64,000 nucleotides of DNA from a bacterium (GTDB lineage Bacteria > UBA8248 > JACPRG01 > G963555815): NCBI GenBank assembly GCA_965261595.1, contig CBDHDG010000004.1, forward strand, positions 1 to 64,000, read 5' to 3'. Position 1 is the first letter of the stretch. Each line of letters starts with the position of its first letter. Both the position numbers and the translations under genes were made by a program. This document shows, one piece after another, positions 8,856 through 19,341 of the stretch. The notes under the pieces are model-generated. The model was not told where the DNA came from, did not search any database, and was given only the letters and a program-made list of their open reading frames with translations.

Positions 8856-11726
8856 ATGTACGAGCTCTTCACCCTGGGCGGCGGGACCTATCTGGTCGAC
8901 CTGCTGAACGCGGTCGCCGCGATCACCGGCGGCGGGGCCTTCGTGACCCTGGCCCGGATCGCGGGCGTGGCCGGGCTCGCCTGGGTCCTGTTCCGCACCG
9001 CCTTCGGCGGCTCGTGGAAGGACAACGCCAAGTGGATCCTCCTCTTCATCGCCGTCTGGGGCGCGATGGTGGTCCCCAAGGCGACCGTGCGGGTCGTGGA
9101 CCGGCTCGACCCGGCGCTGGCGCCCGCGGTCGTGGCGGGCGTCCCGCTCGGCCTGGCCCTCTTCGCCTCCCTGACGAGCCAGGTGGGCGACGGGTTGACG
9201 CGGCTCACCGAGCAGGCCTTCTCCCTTCCGGACGACCTGACCTACCGCCGCCACGGCCTGATCTTCGGCGCGAGGCTCGCGGCCGCCGCGACCCGCATGG
9301 AGGTGACCGACACGGTGTTCGCGCGGAACCTCCGGGCCTACGCAAGGCAATGCGTGTTCCACGCCCTGCTCCTGGGCCACGTCTCGGCCGACGATCTGCG
9401 CGAGAGCACCGATATCTGGCGGCTCGTCACATCCACTGGATCGCCTTCCGCCGGGGCCTCGCCCGCGCGCATGGTGGAGTACGCGACCCGGGGGACGCCG
9501 TCCGGCACCGGCGCCACGCCAATCGATCGCGAGATCGTCACCTGCGCCGAGGCCGCCCCGCGGCTCAACGCGCTCTGGGGGGCCGAGATCGCGAGGGCGT
9601 CCGGCATCTTCGGATGGAGACTCTTCCCCGGTGCGGCGACCGAGGCGCTGGCCCGGGCCGAGCTCATGGCCGCGCTGCCCGTGGCCCACGACTACCTGAT
9701 CGGCGCCTCCAGGACCGCGGCCGAGATCCTGCGCCAGCAGATGGTCCTCAACACCCTCCACGGCGCGGGCGAGCAATGGGCCGCGGAGGCAGGCAACGCC
9801 GCCGCGCTCAGGTCCTATACCGAAGCCCGGGCCGAGGCCCAGACCGTCTCGGCCTACCGGGCCATCGGAAGGCAGGCCGAGACCTGGGTCCCGATGCTGC
9901 GCATCGTGTTCGAGTGCCTCTACGTGGGCGCCTTCCCCATGGCGGTGCTGCTCATGCTCACCCCCGCGGGCGGCGGGCTCTTCCGGTCCTACTTCGCCGG
10001 GATCGTCTGGATCCAGAGCTGGGGGCCGCTCTACGCGATCCTCCACCGGATCTCCATGGGCGAGGCCGCCGAGCGCATGAGCGCGGGCGCCCTCATGCCG
10101 GACGGCGAGAGCGGCGTATCGCTCGTCGCCCAGGCGGGGATCCGGGCCGTGGCCTCCGACGTGGCCGTGATGTCGGGCTACCTCTCGATGTCGGTGCCCT
10201 TCCTCGCCGCGGCCCTGGCCTACGGGGTGGGCAAGGCGACCATGCTCGCCACCTCGGTGCTCGCGGTCGGCCAGGACGCGGCCTCCTCGGCCGCCCACGA
10301 GGGCACGACGGGCAATATCTCCCTCGCCAACACCCAGGCCGACGTCCACCGCTTCGCAACGCTCGAGGGCCGCCAGCTCCGCACCTCCATGCACGTCGAT
10401 ACGGACCGCTATACCGGGTTCGCTCCCGAGGGCGCGGCCTTCACCGTGACTGGAGACGGTACCGCGGTCATGGACGCCGGCTCCGCCACCAGCCGGATCC
10501 CGGCGGCGGGCGTCAGACTCTCCGAATCCCTTGCGGTCAGCCACGAGAGCCGGGCAGGCGCCGCCCGGGAGCAGGCCCGGCACTGGTCGGCCGAGGCCGA
10601 CACGGCGCGCACGGCCGTTGCGACCGATTCGGCGGCCATGGTCGAGCGGTTCTCCCGGGACGTGCACACGGGCCTCGCCCATTCGAGGGGCGTGACGGAA
10701 AGCGAGAGCACGCAAGTCCAGGCCCTGGAAAGCCACATGAAACGCCTCTCCGAGGCGGGCGGGATCTCGAAGGAGGAGGCGGCCGTTCTCATGGGCGAGG
10801 CCAGGGTGGGAGGGGGGTTCGACTTCATCGTGAAGTTCGGGGCCGACGGTTCGGCGAGCTGGCGGGGCCAGACCATCGGCCGGGAAGCCTGGAACCGGAT
10901 GACCGACTATGCCGAGCAGAACCAAGTGATCGATCACTGGTCCCGGGTCGCCGATGCCTCCAGGCGCTACTCCACCGCCTCGGGCGAGAGCGAGCTCAAG
11001 AGCCTGGAGGAGAGTTTTGGCGCCAACCTGACGCGGATGCGCCGCTTCGGCGAGCAGGAGGCCCTGAGCCACCGGGAAGCCGAGAGCTGGAGCTCTCAGG
11101 CGGCCGAGGTGCGAAGCCGGTCCCGGGCCGTCGACCAGGAGCTGGGCCAGCCCTTCTTCGCCTGGCTGACCGCCCGGCCTGGCGCCGACGGGCGCGAGAT
11201 CGGCGTGGGGGGCGCCATGCGGCTCGCCTCGCCCCAGACCCCGGAGGACGCCGAAGAGCTGCGCGCGCATGCCGCCGCCTTCATCGCGGAGCGCTTCCCG
11301 GCGCCCGAGGGGGTGGATCCGGCCTCGGTCCCGGGGCTGGCGGACTACGAGCGGAGGAGAGACGGGCTGAAAGAGTATCACGCGGGCGAGACCGAGGCGG
11401 CCTGGGGCGGCTGGTCGGCCTCGGTGCGCGACCGCGGACGCGGGGCCGGGACGCCCGGGCCGGGAAAGGTCGAGAACCGGGCAAGGCGCGAAAGCGCCAG
11501 GACCGAGCATGATCTGAGGGTAAGGGAGGCGGGACGAGAGGAGCGGGCCGGGATGACGGACGAACGCATCGAGCAAGGCCGCGCGAAGGTCGCGGCCGAG
11601 GCCGACAAACCCTTCGTCGAGCATGCCACCGAGGCGGTCCCGTTCATCGGGAAGTGGCTCGGCGGCAAGCTCTACGGCACCGCCAGGAACGCGGCGCCGG
11701 ACCCGGGGAAGAAGGACGACCGCTGA
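8856..11726 (+). CDS. traG: F-type conjugative protein TraG
   Basis: MYELFTLGGG..L..LLNAVA start, VPLGLA, WIQSWGPLYAIL, multiple TM segments, long polar C-terminus. Confidence 0.92.
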   Translation: MYELFTLGGGTYLVDLLNAVAAITGGGAFVTLARIAGVAGLAWVLFRTAFGGSWKDNAKWILLFIAVWGAMVVPKATVRVVDRLDPALAPAVVAGVPLGLALFASLTSQVGDGLTRLTEQAFSLPDDLTYRRHGLIFGARLAAAATRMEVTDTVFARNLRAYARQCVFHALLLGHVSADDLRESTDIWRLVTSTGSPSAGASPARMVEYATRGTPSGTGATPIDREIVTCAEAAPRLNALWGAEIARASGIFGWRLFPGAATEALARAELMAALPVAHDYLIGASRTAAEILRQQMVLNTLHGAGEQWAAEAGNAAALRSYTEARAEAQTVSAYRAIGRQAETWVPMLRIVFECLYVGAFPMAVLLMLTPAGGGLFRSYFAGIVWIQSWGPLYAILHRISMGEAAERMSAGALMPDGESGVSLVAQAGIRAVASDVAVMSGYLSMSVPFLAAALAYGVGKATMLATSVLAVGQDAASSAAHEGTTGNISLANTQADVHRFATLEGRQLRTSMHVDTDRYTGFAPEGAAFTVTGDGTAVMDAGSATSRIPAAGVRLSESLAVSHESRAGAAREQARHWSAEADTARTAVATDSAAMVERFSRDVHTGLAHSRGVTESESTQVQALESHMKRLSEAGGISKEEAAVLMGEARVGGGFDFIVKFGADGSASWRGQTIGREAWNRMTDYAEQNQVIDHWSRVADASRRYSTASGESELKSLEESFGANLTRMRRFGEQEALSHREAESWSSQAAEVRSRSRAVDQELGQPFFAWLTARPGADGREIGVGGAMRLASPQTPEDAEELRAHAAAFIAERFPAPEGVDPASVPGLADYERRRDGLKEYHAGETEAAWGGWSASVRDRGRGAGTPGPGKVENRARRESARTEHDLRVREAGREERAGMTDERIEQGRAKVAAEADKPFVEHATEAVPFIGKWLGGKLYGTARNAAPDPGKKDDR

Positions 11727-11740
11727 CGCGACGGTCCCTT

Positions 11741-12109
11741 CTACGGGGACCGGGTGCTCGGGCCGTGACCGCGAAGGCGCCCGTGGTCGTGGAGATCCCG
11801 GTCCTCGACGTCGCGGAGCCAGGCGTAGCGGCCGGTCTTGGTCGACCAGTCGAACCGGTCGCCGCCCTCTTCCGGGAGCCCGTAGCGGCCGAAGGCCGAC
11901 CAGTCGCCATAGCGGAACCCCCGCCACAGGGCGCACGCGAGGGCGGCAAGGACGGTCCAGAGCACCGCCCAGAACCAGATGGCCCCCAGGAAGCGGGCAC
12001 CGATCGCGATGACGACGGAAAAGACGGTGACGGCAAGGGCGAGTGCGATCCCGCCGAGGACGAAGGCCCGGGCGCGCCAGCCGTTGGATGGGTCGGATGG
12101 ATTGGACAT
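11741..12109 (-). CDS. Small 2-TM membrane protein; candidate entry-exclusion protein
   Basis: 122 aa with two hydrophobic segments and an RBS (GGAGGA); convergent on the traG 3' end. Function inferred from position only. Confidence 0.5.
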   Translation of the reverse strand: MSNPSDPSNGWRARAFVLGGIALALAVTVFSVVIAIGARFLGAIWFWAVLWTVLAALACALWRGFRYGDWSAFGRYGLPEEGGDRFDWSTKTGRYAWLRDVEDRDLHDHGRLRGHGPSTRSP

Positions 12110-12280
12110 GGGTCGTTCCTCCGGGGTTGCGGTTCAAGTTCAAGCCTCTCGGGCGCCGGCCTCTCCGGTCCCGGCGTCCCGCGCCCTTGACCCCGCCTTC
12201 CTCGGCCTCCCGCCTGGCGCATTGCAACGGAACGGCGCCAAGACCGCCGCTATCCACACAACCTTGAATGGGAGAACCCG

Positions 12281-14362
12281 ATGATGTTCGGCAACGCAAC
12301 GCTCAGGGGCGGCCAGACCCTGGCCCACGACGTCCACATGTGGGGCCAGCTGGTCCGCTGGGGGCTTTTGGGCATCGCCCTGACGGTCGTCCTGGTCCCC
12401 GCCGTTGCCTTGTTCCGCACGACCGCCGCCCATGAATGGCGCCTCGTCGGAACGGGCACCCTCGCCCAGGTCAAGCTCGCGCTCGGGTATCCACGTCATT
12501 CCCTCCAGGCGTACGAGTGGCGAGAGGGCCAAAAAACGGCCCTGAGAATCGTGGATATCGCCCAGGACCCCAGGATCGAAAGGATCCGGAAACGCATGCT
12601 CCATACCGTCTACGCCAGGGCGTGGCTCGGCCTCTGGATCGGAGTGGGGGGCGCGGTCCTCTGTACGGTCCTGTTCTCGGTCCTGGGAAGGCGCCTGGAC
12701 CGCGCCCAACGGGTCCGCGGCGCGGAAATGACGACGGCCCGGGAGCTGAGAAGGCGCGTGCAGCCCGTGTCCGCGCGCTTGGCGGAGGCCCTGTTCCCCG
12801 CCGCGCGCCGCGCCTCCTGCCGCATCGCCGGGATCCCCTGGCCCAGGCGCGCCGAGACCCAGCACACCATCGTCTCCGGCACCACCGGCTCGGGCAAGAC
12901 CGTGCTGATCTCCGACCTCGTCGCCCGGCTCCGCGCCCGGGGCGAGCGCTGCATCCTCTACGACAAGATGGGGAGCTATACCCGCTCCTTCTTCGATCCC
13001 TCTTGTGACGTGCTGATGAACCCCCTGGACGCCCGGGCGCCCCGCTGGTCCCCCTTCTTCGAGGCGAGGACGCCCCGGGACTTCGACATGATGGCCGCGG
13101 CCCTCATCCCCCAGCAGAAGGACACGGTGGATCCCTTCTGGGTCACCGCCGCCAGGCAGCTGTTCTCCAACGGCGCGGGCGTGCTCTGGAAGAAGGGCGT
13201 GACCGAGAACCGGGTGCTCGTCGACCACCTGCTCAAGACCGACCTGACGGCCCTGGCCCGGGCCATGGAGGGCACGGTGGCCCAGTCCATCGTGGACCCC
13301 GAAAACCCCAAGACCGCCCTCTCGGTCCGGGCCATGCTGACCGCGCACCTGGGAGCGCTCGAGTTCCTGCCCGATACGGGAGAGCCCTTCTCGATCCGGG
13401 ACTGGGTGGGCCAAGAGGACGGGACCGGGTTCCTGTTCCTGACCTCCCGGGGCGACCAGCACGCGAGCCTGAGAGGGCTCATCTCCACCTGGCTGGAGAT
13501 CGCGGTGAACGCGCTCCTCTCCCTCCATCAGGACGACGCGAGAAGGGTCTGGGTGGTCCTGGACGAGCTGCCCACCCTCCACCAGGTGCCGAGCCTCCAG
13601 CCGGGGCTGGCCGAGTCCCGCCAGTTCGGAGGGTGCTTCGTGCTCGGGATCCAGGTGATCTCGGCCCTGCGCGACCTCTACGGAAAAAACGGGGCGGAGA
13701 CGATCTCCGGGCTGTGCGGCACCCGGGTGGTGCTGGCCGCGCCCGACCAGGAGACGGCCCGGTGGTCGGCCGAAAGCCTGGGGCGGGGCGAGGTCGAGGA
13801 ATACTCCCACGGGATGAGCTACGGGGCCAGCGTGCTGCGGGACGGGGTCTCGCTGACCCAGCGCCGGGAGATGCGCTCCCTGGCCCTGCCGTCGGAGATC
13901 ATGCGGCTCGAGAACCTGCACGGCTACCTGAAGTTCCCCGGGCCCTGGCCCGTGGCCCGGATCGGGCTCGACTACGTCAAGAGGCCCAAGGCGGCCGAAC
14001 GGTTCGTGCCCAGGGAGGATGGCGACACCGTGGAAACCCCGGAAAACACAGCGGAGGAGGCACCGGTAATCGGAGACCATCAAGGGGACATCGATCTCAA
14101 GAAACCCCAGGGTTCCGGCCCGGCGACGCGGGAACGGGTCGAGACAACGGAGCCCAGGCAGGCCTCAGCGACACCCCGTGGAGAATCCACGAGGCAGCCT
14201 CACAAGAAATCCGAAAAGGACGAAACGGGTGCGGCCGATGATCATGGGACCGACACCGAAGGCGTCCCGGCCCTTTCGCTTCCGGGCAAGAGCGGGAACA
14301 GCACGCCCGGGTGCGGGGAACCACGACCAAAGCCGCCTCAGGGCCGTTTGAGGCGCCTCTGA
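12281..14362 (+). CDS. traD: Type IV coupling protein TraD
   Basis: Two N-terminal TMs, GTTGSGKT, NPLDAR, LDELPTL, RQFGGCFVLGIQ, disordered C-terminal tail. Confidence 0.92.
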   Translation: MMFGNATLRGGQTLAHDVHMWGQLVRWGLLGIALTVVLVPAVALFRTTAAHEWRLVGTGTLAQVKLALGYPRHSLQAYEWREGQKTALRIVDIAQDPRIERIRKRMLHTVYARAWLGLWIGVGGAVLCTVLFSVLGRRLDRAQRVRGAEMTTARELRRRVQPVSARLAEALFPAARRASCRIAGIPWPRRAETQHTIVSGTTGSGKTVLISDLVARLRARGERCILYDKMGSYTRSFFDPSCDVLMNPLDARAPRWSPFFEARTPRDFDMMAAALIPQQKDTVDPFWVTAARQLFSNGAGVLWKKGVTENRVLVDHLLKTDLTALARAMEGTVAQSIVDPENPKTALSVRAMLTAHLGALEFLPDTGEPFSIRDWVGQEDGTGFLFLTSRGDQHASLRGLISTWLEIAVNALLSLHQDDARRVWVVLDELPTLHQVPSLQPGLAESRQFGGCFVLGIQVISALRDLYGKNGAETISGLCGTRVVLAAPDQETARWSAESLGRGEVEEYSHGMSYGASVLRDGVSLTQRREMRSLALPSEIMRLENLHGYLKFPGPWPVARIGLDYVKRPKAAERFVPREDGDTVETPENTAEEAPVIGDHQGDIDLKKPQGSGPATRERVETTEPRQASATPRGESTRQPHKKSEKDETGAADDHGTDTEGVPALSLPGKSGNSTPGCGEPRPKPPQGRLRRL

Positions 14363-14363
14363 C

Positions 14364-17255
14364 ATGGTCGCCTCGATCGGCGTTGTCTCGGCCCCGTCCC
14401 AGGGCGCGGGCTACTACGAGCGGGACGGCTACTACGCGAAGGACGACCCGGCCCACAGGGAAGCGAGCGCCTGGGCCGGCAAGGGCGCGGAGGATCACGG
14501 CCTCTCCGGCCCGGTCGATCCGGACCTCTTCCGGGCGGTGCTGGAGGGCAAGGCGCCCGACGGCTCCGGACAACAGCTCGGACGCAGGGGGCCCGATGGG
14601 GCCCTGGAGCACCGGCCCGGGCGGGATCTCACCTTCTCCGCCCCCAAGTCCGTCTCCCTCGCCGCGCTCGTCGGCGGCGACAAGCGCATCGTCGAGGCCC
14701 ATGACCGGGCCGTGAAGCGCGCCCTCGACTGGGTCGAGAGGAACGTCGCCGAGACCCGCATGAAGGACCCGGAGACCGGACGTATGGTAAAGAAGGGCGA
14801 TCAGAAGATGATCGCCGCCACCTTTCGCCACGACGCCTCGCGCAATCTCGATCCCCTGCTTCATACCCATTCGGTGATCGCCAACATGGTGCAGGGCGCG
14901 GACGGCAAGTGGCGGACCATGTCCAACGAGAAGCTCTATGCCTCGAAGATGCTGATCGGCGCCATGTACCGAAGCGAACTGGCGCGCAATCTGGGCAGGC
15001 TCGGCTACGGGATCGAGAAGACCCATGCTGACGGGCGATTCGAGATCGCGGGCGTTCCCCGCGAGGTGATCGAGACGTTCTCGACACGGCGGGCGGAGAT
15101 CGAGGCGGCCATGGCCGAACGGGGCGTGGACACACCGGCAAAGAACCAGCGCCTCGCCCAGCGGGCGGCGCTCATGACCCGGGCCCGCAAGCGGGACGTG
15201 GACAAGGCCGAGTTGCGGGGGATCTGGGAGAAGCAGGCCGCCCATCTCGGGTTCGACGCAAAGGCCCTTGCGGCCGAAGCGATCTCGAAGGGCGCCGTAT
15301 CGCGGGACGCCGGCCGGGAAGGCGCCGGTGCGGCTCGCGAGACGTCTCGGGACCGGCGGCTGGCCGGGGAAGCCGTGGAATGGGCCGTGGCGCATCTCGC
15401 CGAGCGCGAGGCGGTGTTCTCACGCGCCGATCTGCTCGCCGGCGCGCTCGCCTGGGACCCCGGCGCGGTGGCCATGCCGGAGGCGGAACGGGAAGTGGGC
15501 AGGCTGGAGAAGGCCGGAACGCTGCACGCGGCCGGCCCGCCAGGGGCAAAGGACATGCTCACCACGAGCAGGGCCGTGGCCGACGAGCGGGAAACGATCG
15601 CCCTGGTGGAGGCCGGCCAGGGACGGGAAGCGGTCCCGATGCGCGCCCGGGCCGTGGACAAGGCCCTCAGAAAGGGTCCGCTGACACAAGGCCAGCGGGA
15701 CGCCGTCAAACTCATCCTGTCGGACAGGGACCGCGTTATCGGCGTGCAGGGCTATGCCGGGACCGGCAAGACCACCATGCTGAGCCGCGCCCGCGCGCTC
15801 CTCAAGAAGCGGGGCTACGAGGTCAAGGGCCTCGCGCCCTCGGCCTCGGCCGCGCGGACCCTGGAAACGGAGGCCGGGATCAAGAGCGAGACCCTGCAAC
15901 GCTTCCTTGCCAGCAACGCCGGGGTGGGCGAGGGACGGCTGACGAAGAAGGGCGAGAGGGAGATGCGAGCCGCTTATCGGAAGACCGTGCTGGTGGTGGA
16001 CGAGGGATCCCTCGCCTCCACGGTCCAAGCCCGCAACCTCCTGAGGATCGCCAACACCTTGCGCCTTCCCCGGGTCGTGCTGGTGGGCGATGCGAAGCAG
16101 CTCGACGCGGTGGATGCAGGCAAGCCGTTCGCGCAATTGCAGCAAGCCGGCATGAAGACGGCGACCATGGAGGAGATCATGCGCCAGCGCGACCCCGACC
16201 TGAAAGCCGCGGTCGAGGCGAGCCTCGCGGGCAACGTTAGGAAAGCCTTCGAGAAGCTCGGCTCCAACGTGGCGGAGGTGAAGCCCGACAATCTCGCCGG
16301 CGCGGCCGCCGCACGGTGGCTCAGGATCTCGCCGGAAGCGCGCGCCAGGGCCGGACTGATGGCGCCGAGCCATACGCTTCGGGAGGAGATCAACGCCATC
16401 GTCCGCGATCGCCTGGTCCGCGACGGCATGGTCCATGGCCCGGCCATGAAGTCCGGGCGACTGGTCTCCCACGGCTTCACTCATGCCGAGAAGTCGCTCG
16501 CGGCCAACTACGGCCCGGGCGACGTGGTGGCGTTCCACCGCCCCTACAAGCGTCTCGGCGTCGAGAAGGGCGACGAGTTGCGCGTGGCCGGGGTCGATCA
16601 CGAGGCACGCGCGGTTAGGCTTGAAGGCAAGGACGGGCAATCCGTCCTCTGGGAGCCCGGCCGTCTCGCGGCGCGGAGCGGCGGGGTCGAGGTCTACAAG
16701 GTCGAGCAGTTGGAGTTGCGCCAGGGCGACCGCATCCGCTGGACCCGCAACGACGCGGGGCTCGGTCTGGTCAACAGCCAGACCGCCGAGGTCGCGAGCG
16801 TGAAGGACGGCCGCGTGACCTTCCGTCTGGAGGACGGGCGCATGCTCGACATGAAGGCGGGCGATCCGCAACTGCGCCATATCGATCGCGCCTGGGCCTC
16901 GACCGTGCATGCGTTCCAGGGCCGGACGGTGGACAACGTCATCGCGGCCATGGAGGCGGGCCACCCGCAACTGACCACGCAGAAGAGCTTCTACGTCGAG
17001 ATCAGCCGGGCTCGGGACCGGGCGGAGCTCGTGACTGACAACGCCAAAGCGCTGAGGGAGCGGCTTGAGGCCGCGACTGGAGAGCGGATATCGGCCCTGG
17101 AAGCGGTCGCGCCGGAGAAAGCGAAGGCACACGAGGGAACTCTGGAGAACGGCCAGGATATCATGCAAGGAATGGGAATGCCGGGGCAAATGCCTGGGTC
17201 AGATGCGGACAAGGCCAGGCAGCCGAAGGGCGTGGAACGCGATCTTGGACTGTGA
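14364..17255 (+). CDS. traI: MOB-F relaxase-helicase (TraI/TrwC-like)
   Basis: GYYERDGYY tyrosines, DLTFSAPKSVS, HDASRNLDPLLHTH 3H motif, helicase GYAGTGKT, VVDE, STVHAFQG. Confidence 0.95.
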   Translation: MVASIGVVSAPSQGAGYYERDGYYAKDDPAHREASAWAGKGAEDHGLSGPVDPDLFRAVLEGKAPDGSGQQLGRRGPDGALEHRPGRDLTFSAPKSVSLAALVGGDKRIVEAHDRAVKRALDWVERNVAETRMKDPETGRMVKKGDQKMIAATFRHDASRNLDPLLHTHSVIANMVQGADGKWRTMSNEKLYASKMLIGAMYRSELARNLGRLGYGIEKTHADGRFEIAGVPREVIETFSTRRAEIEAAMAERGVDTPAKNQRLAQRAALMTRARKRDVDKAELRGIWEKQAAHLGFDAKALAAEAISKGAVSRDAGREGAGAARETSRDRRLAGEAVEWAVAHLAEREAVFSRADLLAGALAWDPGAVAMPEAEREVGRLEKAGTLHAAGPPGAKDMLTTSRAVADERETIALVEAGQGREAVPMRARAVDKALRKGPLTQGQRDAVKLILSDRDRVIGVQGYAGTGKTTMLSRARALLKKRGYEVKGLAPSASAARTLETEAGIKSETLQRFLASNAGVGEGRLTKKGEREMRAAYRKTVLVVDEGSLASTVQARNLLRIANTLRLPRVVLVGDAKQLDAVDAGKPFAQLQQAGMKTATMEEIMRQRDPDLKAAVEASLAGNVRKAFEKLGSNVAEVKPDNLAGAAAARWLRISPEARARAGLMAPSHTLREEINAIVRDRLVRDGMVHGPAMKSGRLVSHGFTHAEKSLAANYGPGDVVAFHRPYKRLGVEKGDELRVAGVDHEARAVRLEGKDGQSVLWEPGRLAARSGGVEVYKVEQLELRQGDRIRWTRNDAGLGLVNSQTAEVASVKDGRVTFRLEDGRMLDMKAGDPQLRHIDRAWASTVHAFQGRTVDNVIAAMEAGHPQLTTQKSFYVEISRARDRAELVTDNAKALRERLEAATGERISALEAVAPEKAKAHEGTLENGQDIMQGMGMPGQMPGSDADKARQPKGVERDLGL

Positions 17256-18049
17256 TGTTCCTATGGGATAGTGGAAAGACGTGTGGGAACATCTGTGGGG
17301 ATGCTCCCCAGCACGGGCGTCAATATATTTGTGCCACCTGTTTCGGCGATTGTAGGCTGCGGAGGGCCGTGCCGCACGTCGATGGTAAACTCTTCCTCGG
17401 TCGTATGAGACTTGAGACAAACAACGGTAGAGGCACCATGCCCCGTCGAACGAGTGGTGGAAATTGCTGGCGGGAATTTGGGTCCTGGCAGCGGTAGGAA
17501 GGCTGGTTCGGGTTGGGACTGCACCGGCGTACGCTGGTCACTGGCGGGAGATATGGGGATGTTCGCCAAGGGGCTGTGAGATTCGCTCAACCACTAACGT
17601 GGAGACGTACGCGGTTTCCGGTCGTTGGAGAGATTGAATCGACGTTGGCGAGCAGCGTGACTTATATCGACGGCTGTCGATCTATGGGGACGGCATGGCA
17701 AACCCTGAACATGTAAACTGGCTGCGAGAGGGCGTCGGACCTTGGAACAATAGGCTGAGACAGACCCCATTCCATCCCGATCTTGGTTCGGAAGATATAC
17801 GCTAGATTTCTGTCAATCTAAAGGGTATCAATCTGTCCGGCGCTGATCTAAGTCACTCCACGCTCAGAGACACTGATTTGACCGACGCGCATTTTCTTGA
17901 CTCCAACTTTACGTGTGCCAAGCTGACCGGATCCAATCTATCTGGAACAATGGGCGTGGCAACGCAGTTGCGCAACGCCATACTCCCCCGCTCTAGGGTT
18001 TTGTTGGACACTCGATTGATCCATGATTCATGGAGAAAGGGGTGTCGCG

Positions 18050-18436
18050 ATGAACGAACAAAAGCAAGAGGGGGCTTTGGCGGAGGGCGCCCGCAGGGCG
18101 AACGGAGCCAAGGCCCCAGGGCATCGCAGTGAGCGGGGTCGGTTCTCCTGCCAGCGCAAGCGGGAGGCGGTCCTGCGTCTTTTGCGGGGCGAGAGCCTGG
18201 AGACGCTCTGCCGCGAGTTGGGCACGACAGCGGCTCGGCTTTCCGCCTGGCGCGAGGCGTTCCTTCGCGGGGGCGAGGCGGCGCTCAAAGCCCGCCCGGC
18301 GGATGAGCGGGACGAGGAGAACGCCCGGCTCAAGGCCAAGGTGGGCGAACTCACGATGGAGGGCGAGGTCCTGCGGGAGAAGATCGACCGTCTGGAGGCC
18401 GGCCGCCCTTTAGCCGGCAGGAGGTGGAGGCGATGA
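18050..18436 (+). CDS. IS3 OrfA (HTH + leucine zipper)
   Basis: RFSCQRKREAVLRLL...LKAKVGELTME. Confidence 0.85.
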   Translation: MNEQKQEGALAEGARRANGAKAPGHRSERGRFSCQRKREAVLRLLRGESLETLCRELGTTAARLSAWREAFLRGGEAALKARPADERDEENARLKAKVGELTMEGEVLREKIDRLEAGRPLAGRRWRR

Positions 18437-19341
18437 GTCAGGCCCGCTTCACCTCCACGGGCAGAGCCTACGGCCTGAAGCGGGTGTGCGCCCTTTGGGG
18501 CTTGGCGCGCTCCACGGTCTACGCGCAACGGCGGCGAGAGGCGGTCCCCGTTCATGAACGCCCCACGCCCAATAAGCGCGGCCCTGTGGGCCCGTGCACC
18601 GATGCGGAACTCCTCGGCCACATCCGGCAGGTCCTGGAGGACTCTCCCTTCCATGGCGAGGGCTACCGCAAGGTGTGGGCGAGGCTGCGCTTCGCGGGCA
18701 TCCGCACCAGCAAGGAGCGGGTGCGTCGCCTGATGCGGGAGGCGGGGCTTCAGGCTCCCCACCGGGTGGGCAAACCCCGAGGTCCCAAGGCCCACAACGG
18801 GACCATCCGCACCGAGCGGCCCGACCGAATGTGGGGCACGCACATGACGACGACGGTGACCACCGAGGAGGGGATGGCCTCGGTGTTCGTGGCGGTGGAT
18901 CACTGCTCGGTGGACTGCGTGGGGATCCATGCGGCCAAGAGCGGCAACCGCTTCGAGGCCCTGGAGCCGATCCGGCAGGGGGTCGCCGAGCGCTTCGCCG
19001 GCTTGGAGGCGGACGTCGCCGAGGGGCTTAAAGTTCGTCACGACCACGGCCCCGCCTATCTGTCCGATGACTTTCAGCGGGAGATCGCCTACCTGGGCAT
19101 GACCAGTTCGCCCAGCTTCGTGCGGGCGCCCGAGGGAAATGGCTACTGTGAGTGGTTTATCCGCATCTTGAAGGAGAATCTCCTGTGGGTGCGCTCTTTC
19201 GCCACCGTAGAGGAACTGCGGTGGGCGCTGCTTGAGTTCAAGAACCTGTACAACCATCATTGGATTCTCGAGGGCTACGGCTACCGAACGCCGGCCCAGG
19301 CAAGGCAGGAAAAACTCGCTCAAGTTGCGGAGGCCGCATGA
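18433..19341 (+). CDS. IS3 OrfB DDE transposase (first catalytic Asp changed to His in this copy)
   Basis: WGTHMT here versus WGTDMT in copies 2 and 3; RHDHG; PEGNGYCE. Confidence 0.85.
   Translation: MSQARFTSTGRAYGLKRVCALWGLARSTVYAQRRREAVPVHERPTPNKRGPVGPCTDAELLGHIRQVLEDSPFHGEGYRKVWARLRFAGIRTSKERVRRLMREAGLQAPHRVGKPRGPKAHNGTIRTERPDRMWGTHMTTTVTTEEGMASVFVAVDHCSVDCVGIHAAKSGNRFEALEPIRQGVAERFAGLEADVAEGLKVRHDHGPAYLSDDFQREIAYLGMTSSPSFVRAPEGNGYCEWFIRILKENLLWVRSFATVEELRWALLEFKNLYNHHWILEGYGYRTPAQARQEKLAQVAEAA

Noticed and set aside
8505..12299. Very long antisense ORFs (1264 aa here; also 51360-54284, 53887-56388, 12140-14083, 2944-4758)
   Set aside because: These are shadow frames of real high-GC genes, with low-complexity composition and no motifs.
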